64,000 bases of DNA from Candidatus Multivoradales bacterium (GTDB taxonomy: Bacteria; Acidobacteriota; Thermoanaerobaculia; Multivoradales; J023): contig CBDFLE010000005.1 of NCBI GenBank assembly GCA_965248925.1, positions 1,152,001-1,216,000 of the forward strand, given 5' to 3'. How positions within the stretch are numbered: the first letter of the stretch is position 1; each line of letters begins with the position of its first letter. The notes beneath the pieces were generated by a model. That model did not search any database. It was not told the DNA's origin and was given only the letters and a program-made list of their open reading frames with translations. A program made the translations under genes and the position numbers. This document shows, piece after piece, positions 48,197 to 58,212 of this stretch.

Positions 48197-48730
48197 CTAT
48201 AACTCGACAAAGTTGAAGGGAGGGAACACTCCGGAATTGAAGCGCTGCGCTGCCCGCAGGGCGATCTCCGCCCGTTCGCGTGGCTCCTTGGTGGTGGAGT
48301 CGAGTGCGAACAAAGCGCCGTAGGCAGTCCGCCGCGCGCTGCCGACTGCAAGATAAGGCGTGGCTCCCGACAGAACCTGATATTCAGTGCCAACAGCGAA
48401 CAGGCAACCTTGGACGCCAACCAGGATCGAGCCGTGCTCTCCGAGACCGCGTCTGAACCCTCCGCGCTCGAACGAACTCTGCAAAGCGTCGACGAAGGTC
48501 GTCGCCATGAAACGCTCCAAGTCCGCCTCCGGTGGCTCCGGAAGGTACGCCTCATAGCGCAAGATCTGGCCCATGCGATACGAGGTTGTGAATCCGATGC
48601 CGTAGGCCCCCAAGCGAAGGACTTTCGAGTTGTTGAAGGTGTAGACCTCCTCGTTCCCGGCTGAAGATCCAGCACTGTCGCCAGCCAGAACTACTGCGCC
48701 ATCCTGCGCGATCCCGACAATACAAGTCAC
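48197..48730 (-). CDS. Ntn-hydrolase (HslV/proteasome beta-like) peptidase
   Basis: N-terminal (M)TCIVG, AGDS, NSKV, AVGSA, AEIALRAA; AAGGGG RBS. Confidence 0.8.
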   Translation of the reverse strand: MTCIVGIAQDGAVVLAGDSAGSSAGNEEVYTFNNSKVLRLGAYGIGFTTSYRMGQILRYEAYLPEPPEADLERFMATTFVDALQSSFERGGFRRGLGEHGSILVGVQGCLFAVGTEYQVLSGATPYLAVGSARRTAYGALFALDSTTKEPRERAEIALRAAQRFNSGVFPPFNFVEL

Positions 48731-49154
48731 CGTTTGCCCCCTTTTCCCTCATGGTCAAGACACGAAAATGCAGGGACATAGCCTACCGCCCACTGTCGCT
48801 ATAGCCGAGAATTCCGCAAAATGCCCCCGGAGGCCATACCTAGGCAATTTCGCCCGAGAACCACGGGGCCTCGTGAGGAGGCAGGATGCGATTCGGATCT
48901 ATCGTTATTCCAGACGGTTAGGTGAGCAGGGACCACTGTGCGTTTTTCGGAGCGGTTTGACCTCGCGTGGCGGCTTTCCGCTCCGAATCCACAACCCGAT
49001 ATTGCCGCCTAGAGACCATGGTAGCCTTTTCGCGAAGACTTCAAGCGTTCAAGGTGCAAGGGTCGGCTCCCTCATACGAGGCAGTTGCCCAGACAGGATT
49101 CTGAAGTTGTGGGAGTACGTACTGGGATAGTAGTCATACTGGGAGGAAGAGGCC

Positions 49155-50117
49155 GTGGTCGAAGAAATCCCTTGTTGCCAATTGGATGCTATTGACGACC
49201 TGATCCGCGAAGATCCTCTGGCGGGATTCAGACAGGTGAGTTCGACCCTCGATTCTGCCCGCCTTGATCGCTGTTTGCGAGCACGTACTCTCGACAGGCT
49301 TGGCACGGTCTGCAGAATTCTCAGAGATCTAGAGCGCTCTGATTACAGCTATTCTGAAGCTGCCAAAGCCTGCCAATGTACTGCATGCCACTGGGATCGT
49401 CTTCGTCGGCTAACCTACTTACGGGCTGATCAAGGGCTTCTGCTCGATGCTCAAAAATGCGCGGACGAAGCCATAGAGTCTGCGCCAAACCTGGAGATGG
49501 TTGGCCGTTGCCGGGTAGCCCTCTCCTATGTCCAGGTCCTGGAACGCAACTACAGCCGCGCACTCGAATCGGCCCGCAGAGCAACTCGCGAACTCCCTCG
49601 CGACGATCTTCTCTACATTGTCGGTGCTATCACGACAATCGGCAATTGCGCGCGGCGCATTGAGCCAACACCTGCAACTGTACTCATCCAGGCCCGCAAC
49701 GATCTGCGTGACCTACGGCGAAGGTGGCCGCGAAACTCGCGCTATCGCTCCGCTAGAGGCAAAGTGGCCTGGGTTACCGCGTTTCTGGGCTACCGCCTGG
49801 GAGATGTCGATCCTGGTGAGTTGCGCAGCACTTTGGCAAGGGTACAAAGGCTTCACGTCGAGTTGGGTCTCTTGCGGGACGCTCTGCTGATTACCAGCGA
49901 AGCCGCCGAAGTCTGCGCTGAGATGCAGCGCGAAGATCTGGTGGCGAAAACACTGATCAGGATGCTCGATGCCCTGCCAAGTTCCCTACCACGGCATCTG
50001 ACGGTCGCGGTGCGCGAGTTGCGCCACAGCCTCGATGCCATTGATCGCTGTGCCCTGATCCGCGCTGCGGCAGATCTTCGCAACACTCTGACTCAGCGAC
50101 CGAGCCTGGCGCTCTGA
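49155..50117 (+). CDS. Helical TPR-like hypothetical protein
   Basis: GGAGG upstream, repeated A/L-rich helices; converges on and overlaps the pyrD 3' end by 25 bp. Confidence 0.62.
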   Translation: MVEEIPCCQLDAIDDLIREDPLAGFRQVSSTLDSARLDRCLRARTLDRLGTVCRILRDLERSDYSYSEAAKACQCTACHWDRLRRLTYLRADQGLLLDAQKCADEAIESAPNLEMVGRCRVALSYVQVLERNYSRALESARRATRELPRDDLLYIVGAITTIGNCARRIEPTPATVLIQARNDLRDLRRRWPRNSRYRSARGKVAWVTAFLGYRLGDVDPGELRSTLARVQRLHVELGLLRDALLITSEAAEVCAEMQREDLVAKTLIRMLDALPSSLPRHLTVAVRELRHSLDAIDRCALIRAAADLRNTLTQRPSLAL

Positions 50118-51244
50118 TCGTCTGGCCGCATCTTTATCTGTTCATACAGCTGCCGATAGAGCCCGTGTCCCGCCTGCGAGAAAGCTTCGTAATAACCCGT
50201 GAACCACTGAGTGAGGGCCGCGCCGGCAGCTTCGCCGGCCCTTACATCATCCGCCTCAGCAACTCCACCAGTACGGATTAAATGAAACTCCCTCGGTGGT
50301 GAGCATTCAGCCAAGTACGCCGCAGCAGCCTGTATCAGGGCCAAGGACGAGTGCCTTAGCGGTCGACCGCTGATGCCGCCGCCGAAGGTGCTGATGAAGT
50401 AATCGTAGAGGCCGCTTTCGCCAGGCTGGATTGCTGAACGATGCACCGTGTATGCAGTCGAGGTGTTGCCAAAGTTGACCCCGTCGTAGCCTAGCTCTAG
50501 CAACAAGTCGAGGTAGCTTGGCAGCTGCTCGGGCAAGGTGTCGCAGGACAACTTGACAATCACTGGCAAGGGTCGCTCGCGGGCGGCGAGAAAACGCTCG
50601 GAAATCTCTTCCAGACGCTGGCGGAGATCGGCGAAGGCTCCCGGCTCTTGCTCGGTGTTGGGACAACTCTCGTTGATCTCAAGGAAATCCACCGCCGCCT
50701 GATTGTAAGCTTGAAGGCCATCGATCAACTCGCCCAGGCGCTGCTCGCGGCCGATCTCGGGCTCGGGCGACAGGCTCAAGCTGGCACCGATCGGGAACCC
50801 AACAACCCGTGGCAGGCGAGACAGGCGAGCGGCTACCGCTTGGTGACCAGGATTGGGCAGGCCGAGAAAGTTGCTGGCCGCGCCGGAGGCCGGATAGGGA
50901 GCGAAGGGCAGCCTGACTCCATTCTTCTTGTTGCCGCCGCGCGGCCGGCTGGTGGTGGTGCCAGCCAAGTAGGCACCAGCGCCTTGGCGCAGCGCCAGCC
51001 GGTAGCCCTCTCCCCGCTTGTACATGCCCGCGGCATTGAACAACGGGGCGCGGAAGTGTAATCCCCAGAGGGTCTGCCCGAGGTGTTCGGGCTTTATCTG
51101 TAGGGCCGGGGGGCGGCGAGCCAAAGCGGCATTGAAACGCCACCGCGAGCCCGAATAGAGCCGCACCAATAGGGCTGCCGGCAACCGGCCGAGCCAAGGT
51201 CTCAGGCGACCCTCCCAACGCGCGACAAGCTCGATCGGGATCAC
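50093..51244 (-). CDS. pyrD: Dihydroorotate dehydrogenase (quinone-type-like)
   Basis: AAGMYK, GTTT.RPR.GN, NFLGLPNPG, EINESCPNT, VIVKLS, GNTS, GGISGRPL, TGGV. Confidence 0.85.
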   Translation of the reverse strand: MIPIELVARWEGRLRPWLGRLPAALLVRLYSGSRWRFNAALARRPPALQIKPEHLGQTLWGLHFRAPLFNAAGMYKRGEGYRLALRQGAGAYLAGTTTSRPRGGNKKNGVRLPFAPYPASGAASNFLGLPNPGHQAVAARLSRLPRVVGFPIGASLSLSPEPEIGREQRLGELIDGLQAYNQAAVDFLEINESCPNTEQEPGAFADLRQRLEEISERFLAARERPLPVIVKLSCDTLPEQLPSYLDLLLELGYDGVNFGNTSTAYTVHRSAIQPGESGLYDYFISTFGGGISGRPLRHSSLALIQAAAAYLAECSPPREFHLIRTGGVAEADDVRAGEAAGAALTQWFTGYYEAFSQAGHGLYRQLYEQIKMRPDDQSARLGR

Positions 51245-51254
51245 CAGGGCAGGC

Positions 51255-51563
51255 TCAGGGGAAAGCGATCTGCCGCTTGTCGGAATCAGTCGATGGGCGA
51301 AAGAAGGTCACTACATGACCGATCTTGCCAACCATCTGGCAGCTCAGATGGGCGTCGATCTCGGCCGCCGCCGCGGCCTTTTGATCTTGGTGGTCGACAA
51401 AACGCACCTTGACCAACTCATGGCTGTCGAGGGCGGCTTCGAGCTGGGCATAGAAGCCTTCGGACAGCCCCGCCTTGCCGAGCATTACCACCGGCTTGAG
51501 GCTGTGGGCTAGGCCCCGCAGGTATTTGCGCTGGGCTCCGCTGAGGGTCGTCGTCGTGGACAT
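51255..51563 (-). CDS. yhbY: YhbY/CRM-domain RNA-binding protein
   Basis: LSGAQRKYLRGLAHSLKPVVMLGKAGL...HELVKV...IGH. Confidence 0.95.
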   Translation of the reverse strand: MSTTTTLSGAQRKYLRGLAHSLKPVVMLGKAGLSEGFYAQLEAALDSHELVKVRFVDHQDQKAAAAAEIDAHLSCQMVGKIGHVVTFFRPSTDSDKRQIAFP

Positions 51564-51708
51564 CTGTATCTCCAAGTTGCGAACGCCGCCACTCTATGGC
51601 GTGCCGACCCCGCTGACAAGACGCGGCAAACGGTTTGACCGCCCACCACGCGACAGAGGATAATGACCTGGCTCGCTTCAAGCGCCGACCGATTCGTGGA
51701 GGACCCCC

Positions 51709-52380
51709 GTGATGCACCGCTCAAATCGCGCCCAACCTGCCAAGACAATGCCTGCCGAGACAGTGCCTGCCGAGACAGTGCCTGTTAGGACAGTGCCTAT
51801 TAGGACACTGCCTCTCAAAACACTGCCCGCCAAGTCACCGGGGGCTGTTGGCTTGATCCTGCTGATCGCCATGCTCATGGCTTGGCCGGCAAGCGCCGAT
51901 TGGCTGGTGACCCACCGCGGCGCCCGCCTGGAAACCGCCGGTTCATGGCTGATCGAGGCCGGCTGGGTGGTGTATCACGACCCTCAGGGTGCTCGCCGGG
52001 CGGTGCATGAAAGCGCCGTCGACCTCGATGCCAGCCGCCGGCTGACCGCCGACCCCGCCGCCGAAATTCGCACCACCGAGCCCGAGGGCGAAGTGTCGGA
52101 CGCCGCCGAGGCCAAAGAGACCGCGGTGGTCCTGTACGCCACTTCCTGGTGCGGCTACTGCCGCAAGACTCGCCAGCTGCTCAAAGAGATCGGCGCTGAT
52201 TATGTCGAGAAAGACATCGAGAAGAGCGCCGAAGCCCGTCGCGAGTACAGTGAGAAGACCGGCGGCCGCTCGGGCGTTCCGGTGCTCGACATCGGCGGCA
52301 AAATCGTCCGCGGCTACCGGCCGCAAGAGATCCGGCAACGGATCGCCGAACTCGACACTGAATCCGCCGACAATCACTGA
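51709..52380 (+). CDS. Exported glutaredoxin-domain protein
   Basis: Hydrophobic signal/TM segment, VVLYATSWCGYC, EKDIEK, GVPVLDIGG..VRGY. Confidence 0.88.
   Translation: MMHRSNRAQPAKTMPAETVPAETVPVRTVPIRTLPLKTLPAKSPGAVGLILLIAMLMAWPASADWLVTHRGARLETAGSWLIEAGWVVYHDPQGARRAVHESAVDLDASRRLTADPAAEIRTTEPEGEVSDAAEAKETAVVLYATSWCGYCRKTRQLLKEIGADYVEKDIEKSAEARREYSEKTGGRSGVPVLDIGGKIVRGYRPQEIRQRIAELDTESADNH
51744..51833 (+). repeat. Six degenerate 15-bp tandem repeats
   Basis: GACAATGCCTGCCGA, GACAGTGCCTGCCGA, GACAGTGCCTGTTAG, GACAGTGCCTATTAG, GACACTGCCTCTCAA, AACACTGCCCGCCAA. Confidence 0.85.
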
Positions 52381-52476
52381 GCTGACCATCAGCCAGCGAC
52401 TCCCGACGCCCCTTCACTGATACGACAAGTGCCGCCAACCCTTGTGGCGAGTGCTTCACCCTGGAGATAAAAACCC

Positions 52477-53340
52477 GTGAAAACTACTCGCGCCCTCACT
52501 CTCGCCGTCTCATTCTTGACTCTGTGGATCGCCGCCCCGGCCCTTGCTGGGGTGGTCTTTGAACTCGAAACCAAGGACCACGAAGCCACGCCGCCGAAGA
52601 GCGAGGAGATGGCCATCAGCGCTGAGGATCATTTTTTGAAAATGAACATCAGCACTACCGGCAACCGCCAAGACGACGAGGTGATTTTCAACGCCGACCG
52701 CCGCGAGATGGTGATTATCGATCACCACCGCAAGACCTACATGGTGATGGATGAAGAGGCCATGGAAGGCATCGCAGGCCAGGTCAGCTCGGCCATGAGC
52801 CAGGTCCAGGAGGCGCTCAAGAACGTGCCCGAGGCACAGCGCGCAATGGTCGAGAAAATGATGCAGGAGCGGATGCCGAAGGCGGCATCAAAACAGTCGA
52901 CCCGCCCGCAGCAGGAGGTGCGCCGGACCCAAGAGCGCGCCAACCATCACGGCTACCCGTGCGTCAGGTACGAGGTACTGAACGGCGACCGGGTAGTGCG
53001 TGAGCTGTGGGTCACCGATTGGGACAACATCGAGGGTGGCGATGAAGTCCGGAAGTCCTTCACCGCTATGGCCGACTTCTTCTCCGACATGTTGGAGTCC
53101 GTCGGACAGCTCGCTGGGGCCGCTGGAGGCACCGGGTTCGTCGACGGCATGGCCGACAACATGATGACCGTGTTCAATGAGATCGATGGTTTCCCAGTGG
53201 TCACCAAGGGCTTCGAAGACGACGGTTCGCTGGCAGACGAATCGAATCTGCGCACCGCAAAGCGGCAGACTCTCGACCCGGCAGACTTCGAGCCGCCGGC
53301 CGGCTACAAGCGCCAGCAGATGTTCGACGGCGGTTCCTGA
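52477..53340 (+). CDS. Secreted DUF4412-like protein
   Basis: GGAG RBS, signal peptide, IIDHHRKTY, GYPCVRY, ELWVT, GFPV, FEPPAGYK. Confidence 0.85.
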   Translation: MKTTRALTLAVSFLTLWIAAPALAGVVFELETKDHEATPPKSEEMAISAEDHFLKMNISTTGNRQDDEVIFNADRREMVIIDHHRKTYMVMDEEAMEGIAGQVSSAMSQVQEALKNVPEAQRAMVEKMMQERMPKAASKQSTRPQQEVRRTQERANHHGYPCVRYEVLNGDRVVRELWVTDWDNIEGGDEVRKSFTAMADFFSDMLESVGQLAGAAGGTGFVDGMADNMMTVFNEIDGFPVVTKGFEDDGSLADESNLRTAKRQTLDPADFEPPAGYKRQQMFDGGS

Positions 53341-53455
53341 GCCCGGCGATTTGCTCCAAGTCGAGTCACAGCAAGGCTCGACGCCCCCCGACCGGCAGCA
53401 AATCCACTGCGACGACAGTGACCGTGTGCTGCAGCGCGGCAAGGAGCGGCCTACG

Positions 53456-53554
53456 TTCTTGCAGGCGCTGCTCTGCTGCGCCAACGGCGACGGACTGTTG
53501 AATCCGGCGGAGAGGAAATGGGTCGTTGGCCGGGCCGCCGACGGCGGTGCTTAG
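53456..53554 (+). pseudogene. Possible TerB-like gene fragment
   Basis: FLQALLCCANGDGLLNPAERKWVVGRAA resembles the TerB AxxDGxxxxxE motif; no plausible start. Confidence 0.35.
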
Positions 53555-53655
53555 GTTCTGATCTTCCCAATGCGATCGATCAGCATCGGTGTGGCGTAGG
53601 AACAGCAAGTCTCTACAAACCGGCAGTCAAAGCAACCGACAGGCCCAGCGACCCT

Positions 53656-54168
53656 TCAGCTTGGCGAGTTCTCAGGCTGGCCGGCTCCGCTGGCGGGTAA
53701 GCTGACAAAACGACCGTCGACCCAAACGATGTCATGATCGAAGTCGCCGCTGGGAAAGGGGCCTTCAGGAGCAGCGCTGAAAGTTCCGTCTCGACCGGCA
53801 CTGGTGATGCGGACATCAACATCGCTAGCGTCCGGCCCGCGCTCGATGCGCAGCTCCCCCTTCCAAGCGTCGAGAATCTCCACGCTCTCCAGGTAATCGG
53901 GCACTAACATTCGGTGCAAGGCAGCCCGGTCGATGGTCTGCCCGCGCGCCACCGGCAAGCGCTGGCCGCGCTCTGCCTGCCAAGCGATTAGAGCTTTGCC
54001 GAGAGTGCCCATATCGGTCATGGTGGCGCTTTGATTAGCTCGATGACGGGCACTGACCAAGCTGGGGATCAACAAAGTGGCGATCAAGGCGAGGATTGCC
54101 ATGACGATCAACAACTCGAGCAAAGTGAAGGCGCGCAGCTGATGAGGCTGGCGTTCGATAGAATACAT
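53656..54168 (-). CDS. Type II secretion GspG-like pseudopilin
   Basis: AGGAGG RBS, N-methylation site RA/FTLLELLIVMAIL, DAWKG, ITSAGRDG. Confidence 0.88.
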   Translation of the reverse strand: MYSIERQPHQLRAFTLLELLIVMAILALIATLLIPSLVSARHRANQSATMTDMGTLGKALIAWQAERGQRLPVARGQTIDRAALHRMLVPDYLESVEILDAWKGELRIERGPDASDVDVRITSAGRDGTFSAAPEGPFPSGDFDHDIVWVDGRFVSLPASGAGQPENSPS

Positions 54169-54259
54169 CTTGGACCTCCTAGATGAAGTAGGTGGCCCCA
54201 ATCCTCACTCTATGCTTACGGCCCGGACGCCTGCGCGTCCAGCTTCTCCCCCGCAGCGC

Positions 54260-55522
54260 TCAGCGCGGACCGCCACCCGGATCCGGTACCGGCATCTGGT
54301 GCTGAGCGGCAATGTGATCGTAGAAATCGATCATCTGCCGCACATAGGCCCGCTTTTCACCGTAGGTACCGGGGAAGAAGCTGCGTTTGAAACCGTAGAT
54401 AATCACATTGCGCAACTGCCGGGGCGATAGCGAAAAAGCCCGACAAGCCTGGTCGATCTCGTCGGTGACAGTGGTGCGTGACACCAACCGGTTGTCGGTG
54501 CATAGGGTCACCGACAGCTTGTCTCGGACCATCCTGCCGAAGGGGTGATCCTCCACCCGGCGCAACTCGGGCATGGTCTGCAAATTTGAAGTAATACAAA
54601 CTTCGAGGGTGGTGCGGCTGTTGGCGATGAACTCGCTGAGCTGGTGCACGTAACGCTCGGCATCGTTCTCGCCCTGAACCCGCTCCACCGAGAACAGATG
54701 GGTACCGTGACCGATACGATCGGCGTTGAGGCGAGTGATCGCTTGAAAGATGCTCTCCGGACCGTAAGCTTCACCCGCATGCACGGTCTTTTTGAGGAAG
54801 TTGCGGTGCGCATATTGGTAAGCATCAATGTGATCCGACGCGGGATGCCCGGCCTCGGCGCCGGCCAGATCAAAGCCGACGATCGGCAAGCCCAGTCGAT
54901 CACGGGCCTCCACCACGGAGCGGGCCAAGGATAGGGAAGCTACACCGTAGACTTCCTTTGCCGGCCACTGTTCGAGGGCCCGCAACAGGTTCTTGTGGTA
55001 CGGGCTGAAACCACCGGTGAACATCCGCATCGCCGAGGCGATGATGCCGTAGCGAAACGGCGGCTCACCCTGCTCTTTGACCGCCGGCGAAAGGCGGTGA
55101 TCACGACTTACCCGATCGAGCCCCCGATCAACCGCCGAGATCACCGCTCCGAGATCGAAGCCGGGACGCACGTGCAGCTGCGGCGCGAAGCGCACTTCGA
55201 TATAGCGCACCCCTTCGGCCAGGCAGTCTTCACCAAGTTCGTAAGCCACCCGCTCCAGTGCTTCAGGGTCGGCCATCACCGCACAGGTGTAGGCAAAGCC
55301 GTGCAGATAGTCCGGCAGGTCGCGGTAGGTCTCCTTGAACACCAGCTCGAGCAAGCCCTCGGTGGTTTCCGCCGGCAGCTTGACACCGCGCTCGGCGGCC
55401 AGCTCAATCAAAGTCTCGAGACGCAACGAGCCGTCCAGGTGGACATGTAGATCGGTCTTGGGCAGTGCCTGCAGGAATTCTCGCGGATATTGCACTTCCG
55501 TCATCGTCATCTCCGATGCCAT
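54260..55522 (-). CDS. add: Adenosine deaminase family protein
   Basis: LPKTDLHVHLDGS, YIEVRFAP, GFDLAGAE, TVHAGE, RIGHG, EVCITSN, CTDN. Confidence 0.93.
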   Translation of the reverse strand: MASEMTMTEVQYPREFLQALPKTDLHVHLDGSLRLETLIELAAERGVKLPAETTEGLLELVFKETYRDLPDYLHGFAYTCAVMADPEALERVAYELGEDCLAEGVRYIEVRFAPQLHVRPGFDLGAVISAVDRGLDRVSRDHRLSPAVKEQGEPPFRYGIIASAMRMFTGGFSPYHKNLLRALEQWPAKEVYGVASLSLARSVVEARDRLGLPIVGFDLAGAEAGHPASDHIDAYQYAHRNFLKKTVHAGEAYGPESIFQAITRLNADRIGHGTHLFSVERVQGENDAERYVHQLSEFIANSRTTLEVCITSNLQTMPELRRVEDHPFGRMVRDKLSVTLCTDNRLVSRTTVTDEIDQACRAFSLSPRQLRNVIIYGFKRSFFPGTYGEKRAYVRQMIDFYDHIAAQHQMPVPDPGGGPR

Positions 55523-55767
55523 CTTCGCGCTCGGCTGCTAAAGGCGGCCTGGGGGTGTTCTGGGGGGTGAAGTTCCGGGAGAATACCCGGCGGTCGAGGT
55601 CTTCACGGATTCATGCTACCATCCGTTGGGCGCTCCGCTGTTAGCGGAACGCACCCGATCCACAGATTTTTCCCGGGGCCCGGCCCAAGCCAACGACCGC
55701 CGAACCCAGATCGGTGGACGACCCCGCGGAGCGGACTGACCGACCTGATATAATTCAACTTGCCCTG

Positions 55768-58212
55768 ATGAGCCCATCTGCCACAGCCACCCAAGACTCT
55801 GATCTTCTCGGCGCCCCAGCGCCCCTCGACCGCCAGGCCCTGCTGCGCGGCTACCGCCTGGCCTATCAAAGCCGCCAAGCAAGCCTGCTCGGCCGCCGCG
55901 AAGTGCTCTCTGGCAAAGCCAAATTCGGCATCTTTGGCGACGGCAAAGAGACCGCTCAACTGGCCATGGCCGGGGCCTTCCGGGCTGGCGATTTTCGCTC
56001 CGGCTACTACCGCGACCAGACCTTCATGCTGGCGACCGGCTTGCTGACTTTCGAGCAGCTCTTCGCCCAGCTCTATGCCGACACCGATCCAGAGCGTGAG
56101 CCAGCCTCGGCCGGCCGCCAAATGAACAGCCATTTCGCCACCCACTTGGTGGATAGGAACGGCCGCTGGTCAAAGCTCAGCGAGATGATGAACTCGGCCG
56201 CCGACTCCTCCCCCACCGCGTCGCAGATGCCACGTTTAGTCGGCCTGGCTCTGGCGTCGAAGATCTACCGCCAGCTGCCAGAACTCGATCGGCGCCAACG
56301 CTTCTCCAACGCCGGCCAGGAAATCGCCTGGGGAACCATCGGCGACGCCGCCTGCGCTGAAGGGCCGTTTTGGGAGACCATCAACGCCGTGGGAGTGCTC
56401 GGAGCGCCGCTGTTGATGTCGATCTGGGACGATGGCTACGGTATTTCAGTGCCCAACGAGCAGCAGATCACCAAGGGCGATCTATCGGCGGTGCTCAGCG
56501 GCTTCCGCCGTGCCGGGGAGGGCAAACCCGGCTATGAGATCTACACCGTCCGCGGCTGGGACTACCCGACCCTGATGCAGACTTACGCCGCAGCCGCGGA
56601 TTTGGTGCGCGGCTCGCATGTGCCGGTGATCGTACATGTGACCGAGATGACCCAACCCCAGGGCCATTCGACCTCCGGCAGCCACGAGCGCTACAAGTCC
56701 ACCGAGCGCCTAGCCTGGGAGCGGCGCCACGATTGCCTGAGTGTGCTGCGCAACTTCGTGCTTGAATACGGGCGGATTGAGGCGGCGGCACTCGAAGACC
56801 TTGAGCAGCAAGACCAGGCAGTCGTCCGCCAAGCCCAGCAACGGGCCTGGAAGGCGTACCGCGACTCTCACCAAGCGGCCTTTGAAGAGGCTTCCGCGCT
56901 GCTGCAACAGAGTGCGGCACAGCATAGCAGCGAGGAGCGGCGCGACACTCTCGCAGCGATTGGCAAATCCCTCGGCCGGGTACCCAACCCGACTCGGCGG
57001 CATCTGGTCGTGGCGCTGCGCGATGCTCTGCTGGAGTTGCGTGATGCCGAGCTGGCGGTGCGCCAGCCGTTGATCGATTTGCACCAGCGGCTCGATCGCG
57101 AAGGCCGCGACACCTACGCCAGCCACCTCTACAGCGAGTCGCCGCGAGCAGCGTTGGAGGTACCGGTCGTAGCGCCGGTTTACGGCCAAGACAGCCCCCG
57201 TCTAAACGGCTACGAAATCCTTAACCACGCTTTCGATGCAGCTTTTGACCGCCTACCACGGCTGATTGCTTTTGGTGAGGATGTCGGCAAACTGGGCGAT
57301 GTAAATCAAGCGTTGAGCGGCATGCAGGCCAAATACGGCGAGGTGCGAGTTTCCGACACCGGCATTCGCGAATGCACTATCGTCGGCCAAGCGATCGGCA
57401 TGGCGATGCGCGGCCTGCGGCCGCTGGCCGAGATTCAGTATCTGGATTACATACTCTATGCTCTGCAAACTCTCAGCGACGACTTGGCGACACTGCGCTA
57501 CCGCACCAGCGGTCGCCAGCAGGCGCCGGTCATCATCCGCACCCGCGGTCATCGCCTGGAAGGCATCTGGCACTCCGGCTCACCGATGGCTGGAATTCTC
57601 GGGCTGGTGCGCGGGGTTTATCTCTGTGTTCCCCGCGACATGACCCGAGCCGCCGGCATGTACAACACCTTGCTGGCCTCGGACGATAGCGCCATCGTCG
57701 TCGAAGTACTCAACGGCTACCGCAGCAAAGAAACGCTGCCAGAGAACATCAGCCAGATGACCGTGCCCCTGGGCATTCCAGAAGTGCTTCGCGAAGGCCA
57801 AGACGTCACCATCGTCACTTACGGAGCTTGCTGCCGGATCGCCGCCGAGACAGCCGACAAACTTGCTGGTGTCGGCATCGAAGTGGAGTTGATCGATGTC
57901 CAGACCTTGCTGCCTTTTGATCGCCACGGGGTGATCGGTAGCTCGCTGCAGAAGACTCACCGCATCGTCTTCCTCGACGAAGATGTGCCGGGAGGCGCCA
58001 CCGCCTACATGCAGCAGCGGGTGATCGAGGACCAAGGCGGCTATCATTGGCTGGATGCGAAACCGCGATCGGTCACCGGCACCGAGCACCGACCTGCTTA
58101 TGGCTCGGACGGCGACTATTGGTCGAAACCGAGCGTCGAGAGCGTCTTCGACGCGGTTTATGAGTTGCTCCACGAAGCCGAGCCGAAGCGCTTTCCACTG
58201 TTCTTCAAATAA
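55768..58212 (+). CDS. Fused alpha/beta 2-oxoacid dehydrogenase E1 (TPP-dependent)
   Basis: YYRDQ, TPP motif GDA...EG, GHSTS, FGEDVG, DTGIRE, AEIQYLDY, ELIDVQTLLPFD; start could also be GTG 55714. Confidence 0.93.
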   Translation: MSPSATATQDSDLLGAPAPLDRQALLRGYRLAYQSRQASLLGRREVLSGKAKFGIFGDGKETAQLAMAGAFRAGDFRSGYYRDQTFMLATGLLTFEQLFAQLYADTDPEREPASAGRQMNSHFATHLVDRNGRWSKLSEMMNSAADSSPTASQMPRLVGLALASKIYRQLPELDRRQRFSNAGQEIAWGTIGDAACAEGPFWETINAVGVLGAPLLMSIWDDGYGISVPNEQQITKGDLSAVLSGFRRAGEGKPGYEIYTVRGWDYPTLMQTYAAAADLVRGSHVPVIVHVTEMTQPQGHSTSGSHERYKSTERLAWERRHDCLSVLRNFVLEYGRIEAAALEDLEQQDQAVVRQAQQRAWKAYRDSHQAAFEEASALLQQSAAQHSSEERRDTLAAIGKSLGRVPNPTRRHLVVALRDALLELRDAELAVRQPLIDLHQRLDREGRDTYASHLYSESPRAALEVPVVAPVYGQDSPRLNGYEILNHAFDAAFDRLPRLIAFGEDVGKLGDVNQALSGMQAKYGEVRVSDTGIRECTIVGQAIGMAMRGLRPLAEIQYLDYILYALQTLSDDLATLRYRTSGRQQAPVIIRTRGHRLEGIWHSGSPMAGILGLVRGVYLCVPRDMTRAAGMYNTLLASDDSAIVVEVLNGYRSKETLPENISQMTVPLGIPEVLREGQDVTIVTYGACCRIAAETADKLAGVGIEVELIDVQTLLPFDRHGVIGSSLQKTHRIVFLDEDVPGGATAYMQQRVIEDQGGYHWLDAKPRSVTGTEHRPAYGSDGDYWSKPSVESVFDAVYELLHEAEPKRFPLFFK

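Noticed and set aside
40440-50160. att-like direct repeats bounding the island
   Set aside because: Only a 7-nt match (TACAGCT) was seen and there is no integrase, so boundaries remain approximate
55768-58212. E1 alpha-beta fusion as a novelty
   Set aside because: Fused E1 proteins are well known in several phyla
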